Source: Eledone cirrhosa (lineage: Eukaryota). Taken from it: DNA of 64,000 nt. Positions 1 to 12,177 of the stretch are shown in pieces. The stretch's first letter is position 1. The number at the start of each line of letters is the position of its first letter. Made by a program: the position numbers and the translations under genes. Location: contig OZ024742.1 in assembly GCA_964016885.1 (NCBI GenBank), positions 302,684,001-302,748,000 of the forward strand, given 5' to 3'. The notes below the pieces were generated by a model. That model did not search any database. It had not been told where the DNA came from and saw only the letters and a list, made by a program, of their open reading frames with translations.

Positions 1-213
1 TTTACTTCATGTTAATCGAACAAAAGCATGATTTTACTGAAAACAAAATACAAAAACAGAAGCAACATTTATATACACATTTATTTTCCATAAACAATAC
101 TACATATAGAAATAACAAATAAGACGATATACACATCGCGCACACACGTACATCTACACACATACACACACACATATATATATATATGTGTATGTATACA
201 TACATATATGTAT

Positions 214-308
<95 letters not shown>

Positions 309-469
309 CATACACACACAGATACAAATATGGGGGGATACATATTCATATCACACAGGCAGGAACACACATAGATATGTAATGGAATTAAAAAAACAAT
401 ATAGGTATTAACGTATATTTATCTATGTGTGTAAGTTTATTTAGCACATAAGTGTATGCCAATAACACA

Positions 470-2930
470 CACACACACATACATGTATATGTATAAATAT
501 ATATACACAGACACATACATGTATATGTATAAATATATATACACAGACACATACATGAATATGTATAAATATATATACACAGACACATACATGAATATGT
601 ATAAATATATATACACAGACACATACATGAATATGTATAAATATATATACACAGACACATACATGTATATGTATAAATATATATACACAGACACATACAT
701 GAATATGTATAAATATATATACACAGACACATACATGAATATGTATAAATATATATACACAGACACATACATGTATATGTATAAATATATATACACAGAC
801 ACATACATGTATATGTATAAATATATATACACAGACACATACATGTATATGTATAAATATATACATACACAGACACATACATGTATATGTATAAATATAT
901 ATACACAGACACATACATGTATATGTATAAATATATATACACAGACACATACATGAATATGTATAAATATATATACACAGACACATACATGAATATGTAT
1001 AAATATATATACACAGACACATACATGAATATGTATAAATATATATACACAGACACATACATGAATATGTATAAATATATATACACAGACACATACATGT
1101 ATATGTATAAATATATATACACAGACACATACATGTATATGTATAAATATATATACACACACACATACATGAATATGTATAAATATATATACACAGACAC
1201 ATACATGTATATGTATAAATATATATACACAGACACATACATGTATATGTATAAATATATATACACAGACACATACATGTATATGTATAAATATATATAC
1301 ACAGACACATACATGTATATGTATAAATATATATACACAGACACATACATGTATATGTATAAATATATATACACAGACACATACATGAATATGTATAAAT
1401 ATATATACACAGACACATACATGAATATGTATAAATATATATACACAGACACATACATGAATATGTATAAATATATATACACAGACACATACATGAATAT
1501 GTATAAATATATATACACAGACACATACATGTATATGTATAAATATATATACACAGACACATACATGTATATGTATAAATATATACATACACAGACACAT
1601 ACATGTATATGTATAAATATATATATACAGACACATACATGTATATGTATAAATATATATACACAGACACATACATGTATATGTATAAATATATATACAC
1701 AGACACATACATGAATATGTATAAATATATATACACAGACACATACATGAATATGTATAAATATATATACACAGACACATACATGAATATGTATAAATAT
1801 ATATACACAGACACATACATGAATATGTATAAATATATATACACAGACACATACATGAATATGTATAAATATATATACACAGACACATACATGAATATGT
1901 ATAAATATATATACACAGACACATACATGTATATGTATAAATATATATACACAGACACATACATGAATATGTATAAATATATATACACAGACACATACAT
2001 GAATATGTATAAATATATATACACAGACACATACATGTATATGTATAAATATATATACACAGACACATACATGAATATGTATAAATATATATACACAGAC
2101 ACATACATGAATATGTATAAATATATATACACAGACACATACATGAATATGTATAAATATATATACACAGACACATACATGAATATGTATAAATATATAT
2201 ACACAGACACATACATGAATATGTATAAATATATATACACAGACACATACATGAATATGTATAAATATATATACACAGACACATACATGTATATGTATAA
2301 ATATATATACACAGACACATACATGTATATGTATAAATATATACATACACAGACACATACATGTATATGTATAAATATATATACACAGACACATACATGT
2401 ATATGTATAAATATATATACACAGACACATACATGTATATGTATAAATATATATACACAGACACATACATGAATATGTATAAATATATATACACAGACAC
2501 ATACATGTATATGTATAAATATATATACACAGACACATACATGAATATGTATAAATATATATACACAGACACATACATGAATATGTATAAATATATATAC
2601 ACAGACACATACATGTATATGTATAAATATATATACACAGACACATACATGTATATGTATAAATATATATACACAGACACATACATGAATATGTATAAAT
2701 ATATATACACAGACACATACATGAATATGTATAAATATATATACACAGACACACACATGAATATGTATATATATATATACACAGACACATACATGAATAT
2801 GTATAAATATATATACACAGACACACACATGAATATGTATAAATATATATACACAGACACACACATGTATATGTATAAATATATACATACACAGACACAT
2901 ACATGTATATGTATAAATATATACATACAC
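470..2930. repeat. 36-bp tandem satellite, about 68 copies
   Basis: Unit ACACAGACACATACATG(T/A)ATATGTATAAATATATAT recurs every 36 nt (e.g. 541, 577, 613); occasional +2 nt variant units. Confidence 0.97.
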
Positions 2931-3000
2931 ATGCAAACAAACATATATAGATATATATTTATAGACATCCATTTATATAAACGCTATACATATATGTGAT

Positions 3001-3032
3001 GTATGTATGAGAGAAAGAAAGAGAAAAAGGCC

Positions 3033-3088
<56 letters not shown>

Positions 3089-3214
3089 CGAGTGAGTGCG
3101 AACTAGGGTGAGGGTGAGGGGGTAAGAGAGAGGGAGAGAAAGTGAGAGTGAGAGAGATAGAGAGATAGAGAGAGAAAGAGATAGATAGATAGAGAGAGAG
3201 CGAGAGTGAGAGCT

Positions 3215-3245
<31 letters not shown>

Positions 3246-3290
3246 ACTAGGGTGAGGATGAGGGGATAGGAGAGAGGGAGGGTGAGAGAG
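3001..3290. repeat. (CT)n/(TA)n/(GA)n compound microsatellite
   Basis: Read directly. Confidence 0.9.
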
Positions 3291-3334
3291 TATGTATGAT
3301 AGTATATTTTGTCAACTCTCTATTTTGAAGTTTC

Positions 3335-3477
3335 ATATAGTTGAATATACAAGAGAGATAAACACAAATATAAACATACATGTGTTCGAATTGTAAAGGA
3401 CCAGGTTTGCTAGGGTTACAATTCGAACACACGTATGTTTATATTTGTGTTTATCTCTCTTGTATATTCAACTATAT
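3335..3477. repeat. Inverted repeat, 62-bp arms, 19-nt loop
   Basis: 3335-3396 is the reverse complement of 3416-3477 with one mismatch. Confidence 0.9.
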
Positions 3478-3875
3478 TACACGGCTCAGAACATCTTCTT
3501 TCTTAGATCTATTTAATTGTAAGAGACTATTTTGAGTTTCTAACTCAGTATATGATATATTGAAGTTTCTACACTTTCTTCATATATCATGCAATCATGC
3601 AAGTACGAAAGCTCGTGCAGAGACATACTTGGATTATTTACACTTACTGATACACATGGAAATATCGATATATATATCCGCAGATGTACATGTTCTCCCC
3701 ACTCTTTTTTCCCCTTCTCCCCCTCTCTCTCCCCTTCTCTCCCCCTCTCTCCCCTTCTCGTCCCTCTCTCCCCTTCTCACTATATATAATTATGTACACC
3801 TCTCTCTTTCTGTATGTACATACATAAACACCCATTTTTCTGTCTGTCTCTCTCTCTCTCTATATATATATATAC

Positions 3876-3945
<70 letters not shown>

Positions 3946-4266
3946 CTCTCTCTCTCTCTGTATATACATACACCCATCAGTTTCTCTCTCTCTCTCTCTC
4001 TCACTCTCCATATATATATATATATATGGAGAACATACATTCTGATAGACACGCATTGAAAACACGAATGTCTTCTGGTTTTATGTTTTATATAAATTAT
4101 TTTGTCATATACTTGCATGATATTCTTGTAGTTGATTTAGAAAAGTAAATTCACCCTAATCTCACCTCTTTTCATTCCTGGTTGAACTGATGTTGACTTG
4201 TGTTGCGGTTACTGTATGGTAATTAGGATCAATATGATTAAGGTACAGAAAAAAAGATTTCATACA

Positions 4267-4459
4267 ATAATGGTTTCTTATATAGGCACAAGGCTAGCAA
4301 TTTCTTGGGAGAGGGGAAAGTCGATTAAATCAACCCCAGTGCGTGACTGGTACTTTATTTTATCGACCCCGTAAGGATGAGAGTCAAAGTTAACCTTGGT
4401 GGTATTCGAACTCAGATCATAAAGTGCTGTAACTCATGGCGTCCGACCCTCTAGCGATT
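4267..4459 (-). mobile_element. tRNA-derived SINE (Nin/Deu-domain type), degenerate
   Basis: Contains CTGGTACTTTATTTTATCGACCCCGTAAGGATGA, shared with about 10 copies in the window. Confidence 0.85.
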
Positions 4460-4549
4460 AATATGAAGTAACCCTGTGTCCTCCATTTAGATCCACGTTC
4501 CTGGCATCCTACATTTCTATAAATATTATATACCCCATATATGTATAGG

Positions 4550-5290
4550 ATATATCCACCGTAATGGACACACCAGATATAAGTGTAGAAATAAAACTCA
4601 TAGCCGTCTCTACTTTTCCATATATTTATGTAGAAAATAAATATATCTACATCTATTCAGTGAATGTCTACCCACACAATATATCAATGGTAATTTTTTT
4701 TACATAGAACATTTAGATTCTTTTCTATTAACGTAGCAATAAATAAAAGTTTTCACAAAGCTAAACAAATATAAATTTACAAAGGATATTTAAACGAACA
4801 GCCAGACTAAGCCATATAACAAAAGTCATAAATAATTACATGGTAACACATAAACCAGGTACGTGTTCAAAATACATAAAAAACACACAAGTGCATCATA
4901 TAAATCAAATTCATACTAACAATAGAATGAAAACAAGGTATTATGAAAAACCTTATAATACACCAAACCATAAATTAGCACAAATAATGTAGTACAAAAC
5001 AGCAAAATTAAAAACCTTAATAACAAGCAACAAGAATGTTTAACCGAAGAACTAGTTAGTAATGATATGTGAATTTAAACTCCAAACATTTGAAAACTTC
5101 ACAACACTAACTACTACACTTTATTAGTTCTTATACGACATTCACTCTCTGTAGCTTACCATACACTTTATATTGGATAAATTACAATACACTGCACGAC
5201 ATGACATGACACAAATCAAAACTTGATAAGGATACATTAGTAGGCAAAATAGACAATTAGTTATGAGAGCTATACTCAAAACAGTTCAAA
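4550..5290 (+). pseudogene. Possible highly decayed Penelope-like RT C-terminus/GIY-YIG remnant
   Basis: Scattered motifs by eye: IHRNGHTRY (like VYRKPTHTDRY), NVYP (like NGYP), LYDIH..TLYIG*IT near 5130-5185; many stops and frameshifts. Confidence 0.25.
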
Positions 5291-5426
5291 GATAAAATAG
5301 ACAAACCACACACACTGGACACAACTACAACATTGTTGTGTGAAGTGTGAAGATTACAGTGTCAAAAAGTCTGCATGCTAGCCTAAAATTCTGATTTGGA
5401 TGTAGTTATAGTCTTCTCTCTTTCTT

Positions 5427-5461
<35 letters not shown>

Positions 5462-5464
<3 letters not shown>

Positions 5465-5655
5465 GGAACAAGTATGACCCCGACGGCAGAGCTGAAGCCG
5501 TTTCGACGGCTATTTCTTGACTCAGAAATAGCCGTCGAAACGGCTTCAGCTCTGCCGTCGGGGTCATACTTGTTCCTATTACCTACTCTACTACCCTAAG
5601 TATTGAGTACTTTGGTTCGTTATGGTCCATCTGGTTCCTTACTACAATTCCTTCG

Positions 5656-5657
<2 letters not shown>
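5462..5657 (+). mobile_element. Fold-back mini-element in (TA)n: 56-bp perfect arms, 6-nt loop, 3' tail; carries the 3' half of a hammerhead
   Basis: 5462-5517 is the reverse complement of 5524-5579. GAAA-CGGC..GCCG-UC at 5537-5559. Unpaired tail to the (TA)n at about 5658. Confidence 0.85.
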
Positions 5658-5700
<43 letters not shown>

Positions 5701-5703
<3 letters not shown>

Positions 5704-5920
5704 ATAATAATAAAATTGAAGACTAAAATCCAAAGAGGGCTCGATAAGGAAAATATATATCAAATATATAAGAACCGTAGAGCAAATATTTATTAAAATA
5801 ACAGATTAAAGTTTAAGCAAAGAATCGCTGCTTTCACCCTTAACGGGATCTTCTGAAACTAACAAAGTCAATCTGTAAACGCAGAACTGGATATTTCAAA
5901 AAACGTTGCAACCGGAGGAA
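5701..5920 (-). mobile_element. Penelope-like pLTR-type repeat with variant hammerhead; same family as 54073-54275 and 6275-6385
   Basis: Near-identical reverse complement of 54073-54275; ends in (TTA)n/(TA)n; 6275-6385 is an inverted copy of its 3' part. Confidence 0.7.
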
Positions 5921-6136
5921 GACAGGAAGACGATACTTTGGTTCGTGGTAACGTTCGCTGGCAAAGAACGGGAAAAAACGAATAATACGTCATTAATAGG
6001 AGCGGTGAAAAACAATTACGCGCAAAGGCAGAACCACGTTTATGGTATAAAAGAGGTTGTAGACTAATGTTCTCTTAGGTGGTGCATAGAGACGTTCTCT
6101 GGCAATGAACGAAAAATATATATATATATATATATA

Positions 6137-6245
6137 AACTGAATACTAACTAATACTTATTACTAATTTATACTTATTCCTAATTAAACTATTTTTCACT
6201 GGGAAAAATTTGTCAGCATTTTCTTTTCCTTTTTACTAATATATA
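6137..6245 (+). repeat. Diverged fragment of the 14.25-14.69 kb element family
   Basis: AACTGAATACTAAC...TTATTCCTAATTAAAC...AATTTGTCAGCATTTTCT matches 14545-14645. Confidence 0.75.
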
Positions 6246-6383
6246 TATGTATATATTTATTAAAATAACAGATTATTTTAATAAATATTTGCTCTACGGT
6301 TCTTATATATTTGATATATATTTATCCTTATCGAGCCATCTTTGAATTTTAGTCTTCAAATTTATTATTATTACTATTATTAT

Positions 6384-6450
<67 letters not shown>

Positions 6451-6456
<6 letters not shown>

Positions 6457-6650
6457 ATAGAAGGAGCTTCTACAGGACTAGTACTGTTTCATTCAGATGA
6501 AATCTTCAGGAAGCGCTTCCTGAAGATTTCATCTGAATGAAACAGTACTAGTCCTGTAGAAGCTCCTTCTATAAAATAAAAAAATTTTACTCTGCCATGT
6601 ATTGAGTACCTTACTTACTGTGGTTATCCCCGACTCAACCCGGGACCTAC

Positions 6651-6652
<2 letters not shown>
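6451..6652 (+). mobile_element. 128-bp perfect palindrome plus tail in (TA)n, one hammerhead per strand
   Basis: 6451-6578 is self-complementary around GAAGC|GCTTC (6514/6515) with no loop; tail 6579-6652; (TA)n on both sides. Confidence 0.9.
6515..6563 (+). ncRNA. Type I hammerhead ribozyme (mirror copy at 6466-6514 on the minus strand)
   Basis: GCUUC-CUGAAGA-UUUC/AUCU/GAAU-GAAA-CAG/UACUAGUC/CUG-UA-GAAGC: core and stems I-III present. Confidence 0.8.
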
Positions 6653-6686
<34 letters not shown>

Positions 6687-6859
6687 TTATTTATTCATAT
6701 TTATTCATATTTCCCCTAATTTAGTGTTTTTAAGTATGTGTTTTTGTATTCTACATTTGTTCACTAGTGTGTGTTTATATGTGTTTGTTGTCATTGCACT
6801 TGTGTATATATTTATTTATTTATATTTCCCTTAAGTCAGTATTGTTTGTTTGGGTTTGG

Positions 6860-7041
6860 TTGTTGTTGTTATTCCATTCGGTCTTTCTGTTCAACTTCGA
6901 TCTTCTTAGTTCTAACTCAGTTGCTTCTCTGATTTGCCTACCTGTTGAGTCATTTCTATGTTTAGATATTATTCAAATTTCTATGTTGTCTATATTACTG
7001 TCATGTCTTCCTCTGGCATGTTCGTATAGTAAATGGCGTAG
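6860..7041 (-). pseudogene. C-terminal fragment of a Penelope-like GIY-YIG endonuclease
   Basis: Minus-strand translation LLYEHARGRHDSNIDNIEI*IISKHRNDSTGRQIREATELELRRSKLNRKTEW fits the H..H...RQIxEA...LNxKxEW end of PLE GIY-YIG domains; one internal stop. Confidence 0.55.
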
Positions 7042-7269
7042 ACATACAATACAATACAATAGGAGGAAATATAATGTATATATATATATACACATATATA
7101 TATATATATATATATATATGAGAAAATTTGCTCCGAACGAATTGCCTGTGTCCGAAGGAACCTGCAGCCGTAGAATCAGCCAGATCCATACAGTGATCAT
7201 GTCTCGAGCTACCTGCCGGCGAAACAATTGGCCAGATGCATCACTGATTTTTCATTTTTTTAATACTAT

Positions 7270-7314
<45 letters not shown>

Positions 7315-7395
7315 CTCTTTCAAACCAGTTCCTGTACACAGCTAAGTATTCTATAAGTCTCTAGCTGTGTCATTCTCGATAAAAGCACTGGATAT

Positions 7396-7438
7396 GTAAT
7401 CCTGAAGATTTCTAATAAGAATGAAACGCGTAGGTTAC
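7396..7438 (+). ncRNA. Minimal type I hammerhead ribozyme
   Basis: GUAAUC-CUGAAGA-UUUCU/AAUA/AGAAU-GAAA-CGCG-UA-GGUUAC; palindromic stem III; enclosed by a further 16-bp inverted repeat (7372-7387/7445-7460). Confidence 0.85.
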
Positions 7439-7558
7439 TTCCCTTGCTTTTATCGAGAATCTAATTGTAATACGTGACGTATTCTATTCTATAGCGATTA
7501 GGTCTTCAAAATGTTTATTATAAACATACAGAATATTTTCGAATATTCTATGTCTATC

Positions 7559-7621
<63 letters not shown>

Positions 7622-7752
7622 TATATGTATATGTATATATATATGTATATATATATACATATATATACATATGTAGGTACATATATATATATATATGTGT
7701 ATGTTAAGGGACGAGTTAGGTAGAAGTGGTCTCACCTTCGCGGATCTTCATC

Positions 7753-7792
7753 CCGAGCTGAAGATCCGCGAAGGTGAAACAATTGTTCTCGG
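7753..7792 (+). ncRNA. Minimal type I hammerhead ribozyme with upstream inverted duplication
   Basis: CCGAG-CUGAAGA-UCCGCGAAGGU-GAAA-CAAUUG-UU-CUCGG; 7732-7750 is the reverse complement of 7759-7777. Confidence 0.75.
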
Positions 7793-7847
7793 TATGGTGA
7801 ACTAACTGTTGCGTAACCACTTCTCTCTGTCTCTCTATATATATATT

Positions 7848-7986
7848 AACAAAAAGGGTGTGGTAAGATGCCATGTGGACCATACCGCACCAGAGTACTC
7901 AATACTTAGGGTAGTAGATTGGGTAATAGGAAAAGAGTCAGGACTCCGACGGCTGAGCTCCAGCCGTTTCGACAGCTAGATCCGAA

Positions 7987-7990
<4 letters not shown>
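7848..7990 (-). mobile_element. 5'-truncated relative of the 5462 element, half hammerhead
   Basis: Minus strand GTCGAAACGGCTGGAGCTCAGCCGTCGGAGTC...CTACTACCCTAAGTATTGAGTACT; (TA)n on both sides. Confidence 0.8.
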
Positions 7991-8049
<59 letters not shown>

Positions 8050-8688
8050 ATGTGTGTGTGTGTGTATGTATATGGATATATATATGTACACACACACACA
8101 CACACACACACACGCATATATATATACACATGTCTTATCCATCTAGTTAAAAAGTCACACTCACAGACATATACATACACACGAACAAACGCACACATAG
8201 GTATATATAGCCAGAATAAGAAATGAATAAACTTTTATACATACATGTGTAATGTGAATGGGTGGAGGAGTAGCAAAGTGTTAATAGTTTCATGTATATA
8301 ACTTAATGTCTTCGTATCCATGAAAGCTTTTATCTTCAACAAAAATTCTCTCCATCAGAAATATATGATTTTAGGCAGGATATATATGATAGACATGATA
8401 TACACCAATTCTTTATAAGAAGAGACTCAATTGAAATCATTCTAATCAAGTTTTATTTTTGATTTAGTGATTAATAGAATGCGAATTGTATAGCTATATC
8501 TATGCGTATTACCGATGAAACCTTACAGGGAAAATATTCCCCATTATCTATCTAACAGCCTGACAAATACTATACTTCGATAACTAAACTACGGATTTCT
8601 AAAGTTCTAATTTTTGCCGTGTGTGCGTAAGTAGTGTGTTCGTGTGTGTATGTACGCCCACACACATTATTTCTGTTTCTCTCCCACA

Positions 8689-8778
<90 letters not shown>

Positions 8779-9797
8779 ACACACACACACACACACATAC
8801 ACACACAGTGATATTATATATCATCGGTAAAGTAAGAAGCCCGACATTGTATAGAATAACCAAGCTGTCTACAGAATGTTTGAAACTTTAAGCCAAGTTA
8901 TAAAATCAAATCATCCTTACATATTTTCTCAGTACTCTGTAGATTACTGACTAAGAGTTAAGCAAATTGCATAAAATAACTATGGTGGTCTTGACCGGCT
9001 GATTAAGGAGATCTTCCACAAGTACAAGAATATTATTTGTTATGACAGTCGTTACCGCTGGATTAAAGAGTTCTCATCCAAGTACAAGAATATTAGTCAT
9101 TATGGCACACAGAGTTATTCCTTCAGCCGTAAACACCATCTCAACAGAAACAGAAAGATTGCAAAAAAGGAATTGATATTAAATCGATCTTCCTCAGAAT
9201 ATATTTCTCGCTGTAAAGTTGAAATTAACGTTTAAGTGCCGGATAATTGCACAGACTCGTGCACCCTTAACGCAATTCTCTGTGAGATTTAGTGCAACAG
9301 AGTGACAAGGCTGCCCCTTTGAATTGCAGGTACTGTCCATCTGATCGGCTTCTAATTTCATTCACAAGGCAAGGGTCAATACGAGGCTAGGGTAAATGCT
9401 ACATGCTCTAGCTATTGTGCAGAGGAAATCACGGGGCCTAAGGATTGTAAAGCGAGCTCTTTAATCAGTCGGAGATGCTGTGGACAAACGGACACACCTC
9501 ATACGTAATCGGACATAAAATTGGATTAACGCCACCACCTAGTCCTTGGGTGTCTTTAACAGAGTCCATTCTGTTGCAGGCATTCAGGCCAAGTGACCAA
9601 TTTATAGATACCTACCTCACCTACTCCTATCCATCTTACAGGTCGATAAGAGGGTCTCAGACACTGCCTCTTTACTCTAGATTAAACAATTAAACACTTA
9701 TACACACGCACACACATATGTATATATATATATATATATATATCGTTTCTGAATTTGTTTAGTAAGATTCTTTATCTGAAGACGTGTGTTGAAACCG

Positions 9798-10418
9798 ATA
9801 TTGTTATACTTTGGGAGGGTCATGTTGCCAATAAGAAACACACGCACCAGTTGCTTTCACTCCAATTTATTATAAATTAAATTTATAAATTTAAGAATTT
9901 ATAAATTTCCGGTTGGTTTGTTGGCTCCACAACCGAACGGTTGTTCATATATTGTTAAAGTTCTTTCGTCACACATTCTGTGACTTCTTCAGTGACTGGG
10001 GATTCCCCTCTTTGTTTTGTGCCTCTCCTTTGTTCTGTCCTACGCCATCTTGTTTTTGTGTGTGTTGTGTGTAACATGTAAATAAACAAATAAACAAATA
10101 AAAACACACACAGACACCCAGATGTAACACATGCGCAAACTAAACACACAACACACACAAAAACAAGATGGCGTAGGACAGAACAAAGGAGAGGCACAAA
10201 ACAAAAAGAAGAATCCCCAGTCACTGAAGAAGTCACAGAATGTGTGACGAAAGAACTTTGACAATATATGAACAACCGTTCGGTTGTGGAACCAAACAAC
10301 CAACCGGAAATTTATAAATTCTTAAATTTATAAATTTAATTTATAATAAATTGGAGTGAAAGCAACTAGTGCGTGTGTTTCTTATTATCAACATGACCCT
10401 CCCAAAATATAACAATAT
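9798..10418. mobile_element. Inverted repeat, 275-bp arms and 71-nt spacer, hammerhead in each arm
   Basis: 9798-10072 vs 10144-10418 are reverse complements with about 10 mismatches. Confidence 0.9.
10220..10262 (+). ncRNA. Minimal hammerhead motif (mirror at 9954-9996 minus)
   Basis: GUCA-CUGAAGA-A-GUCACA/GAAUG/UGUGAC-GAAA-GAAC-UU-UGAC. Confidence 0.7.
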
Positions 10419-10484
10419 ATATAAAATAAAGTAATTAAGTCAAATATGTAAAATTTGGCTTCGTTTATTATATATTATAGATAT

Positions 10485-10539
10485 ACTGCTATATATATTT
10501 CGGTGACAGCCATCATTGTCTGTGAACTCTTCAGACAGT
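10485..10539 (-). ncRNA. Minimal hammerhead motif
   Basis: Minus strand ACUGU-CUGAAGA-GUUCACAG..CUGUCACC-GAAA-UAUAUA-UA-GCAGU; base of stem II imperfect. Confidence 0.65.
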
Positions 10540-10653
10540 CCGAATTGGTGTGTGAAAGACAGGTACACATGTTGTTGAAGTGTGTTTTACTCCGTCAATC
10601 CATCGATATGTCCAGCTCCTGGTTGTGATGTTATTTCTCTGAGGAACTGGAAT

Positions 10654-10781
<128 letters not shown>

Positions 10782-12177
10782 CGGATAGGACCCTTCGTTG
10801 AGGTTATACAATATGATTATAGTAATTATATGGCATAGTATAATTAAAGTGATTTTGTATTGGTTAAATGTACATTATGTTAATAGTAAAGAGATGATAT
10901 TGAAGTGAAAGCGATGATTCAATATGGTGGAGGTTTATTTAGTGAATCTCGCGTATGTCTTCCTATGAGTGGATTGCACGAATGATGAATGTGTATAATT
11001 AAATATTTCCACCGAACATATTAATTTTCTCACACTTAACATACCAACACGTTTTTCAGTATATATAGATACATATAATATTAACAAGAATAATTTAATG
11101 CTAATAGGTCTTAAGCTGTTCACTAAATAGAACGAAACATAATTGACGCTGCAATTATTGGCAATGTTTACAAGTTTTAAGCTGAAGAATCAACCTTTAT
11201 TTTAAATTGTTCCGGATCTACTACAGGAACGTAATTATTACTAATAGATTTAACGTGGAGATAGCGCAGCTAATTACATGTATTACATATCTTTCATCTA
11301 TTGAACGTTCAAAAGTTAACTGTTAAGTGAGATTATCTCAATTGAAACTGAACTAGGTTTCAGGATTTTTGATACACTTAAAAATATTTCCTTTTTTTGT
11401 GATACACTTCAGAATATTTCAGGGTCTGCTATACACTTCACCAGATCAATCTCAAAAGAAATATATACAAAAATTATTTTAAAACACGTATTAGTTAGAG
11501 TTAATCCAAGCTGTATATGTACATTTATATCGCGATGTTATTTTTACCTGTTGTCAATTTTGAAATAGTTTCTGTGATGCTCGCAGCTTCCCTCACTTTG
11601 CTTGCTAAGTTGCACTTATTTACCGTCACCACCTTCTTCCAATCATGACTCTATTGTCTCGTTCTTCCGTTTCGGTGTATTTGACACTAGTTTTGACTAT
11701 TGCCACCGGCACACATTGTCGTATAATAAATATGTAATTTCACGTTTTATATTCTACTGTTTTATATTCACTGTTTTATATTTTAACCACATGCCCATAG
11801 TATCGGAGCTGTGATCTCTCAATCAGGAGAAGTAGCGGCTAACACCTTGTATTATAAACTCGAATTCTCTTAGAAACAAGAACTTAAATGATTTACTTTT
11901 GCTCCAACGTTTTATTGATTTCTGGTCAGCCAACAAATCACTTGACATATTGACCACAATCTATAGATTGCCCGAAGATTGATAAGAATTTTTAAAGAGA
12001 AAATAAATATTTGTCCCCTATTTAAAATGTAATTTGTTCAGGAATACCAGGTGACATTTAATCAGTTTGCTTGCGGGCATCACGCCTCTTGTGTACTATT
12101 AATACTTGTTTTAAACTTCTTATTAACTTTTCAGGCAGTCTATACGTTCCATCGTACATATTGCTTTTATATATTTA

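Noticed and set aside
470-2930. CRISPR-like 36-bp periodicity
   Set aside because: No unique spacers, eukaryotic context, no cas genes.
388-2972. Three ORFs of 840-850 aa
   Set aside because: Translations of the 36-bp satellite, open in all three frames.
4037-4075. Hammerhead-like ACAUU-CUGAUAG..GAAA..AAUGU
   Set aside because: Core altered and stems II and III unconvincing; at best a relic.
9772-9803. CTGAAGA..GAAACCGATA hammerhead candidate
   Set aside because: No credible stem I or stem II.
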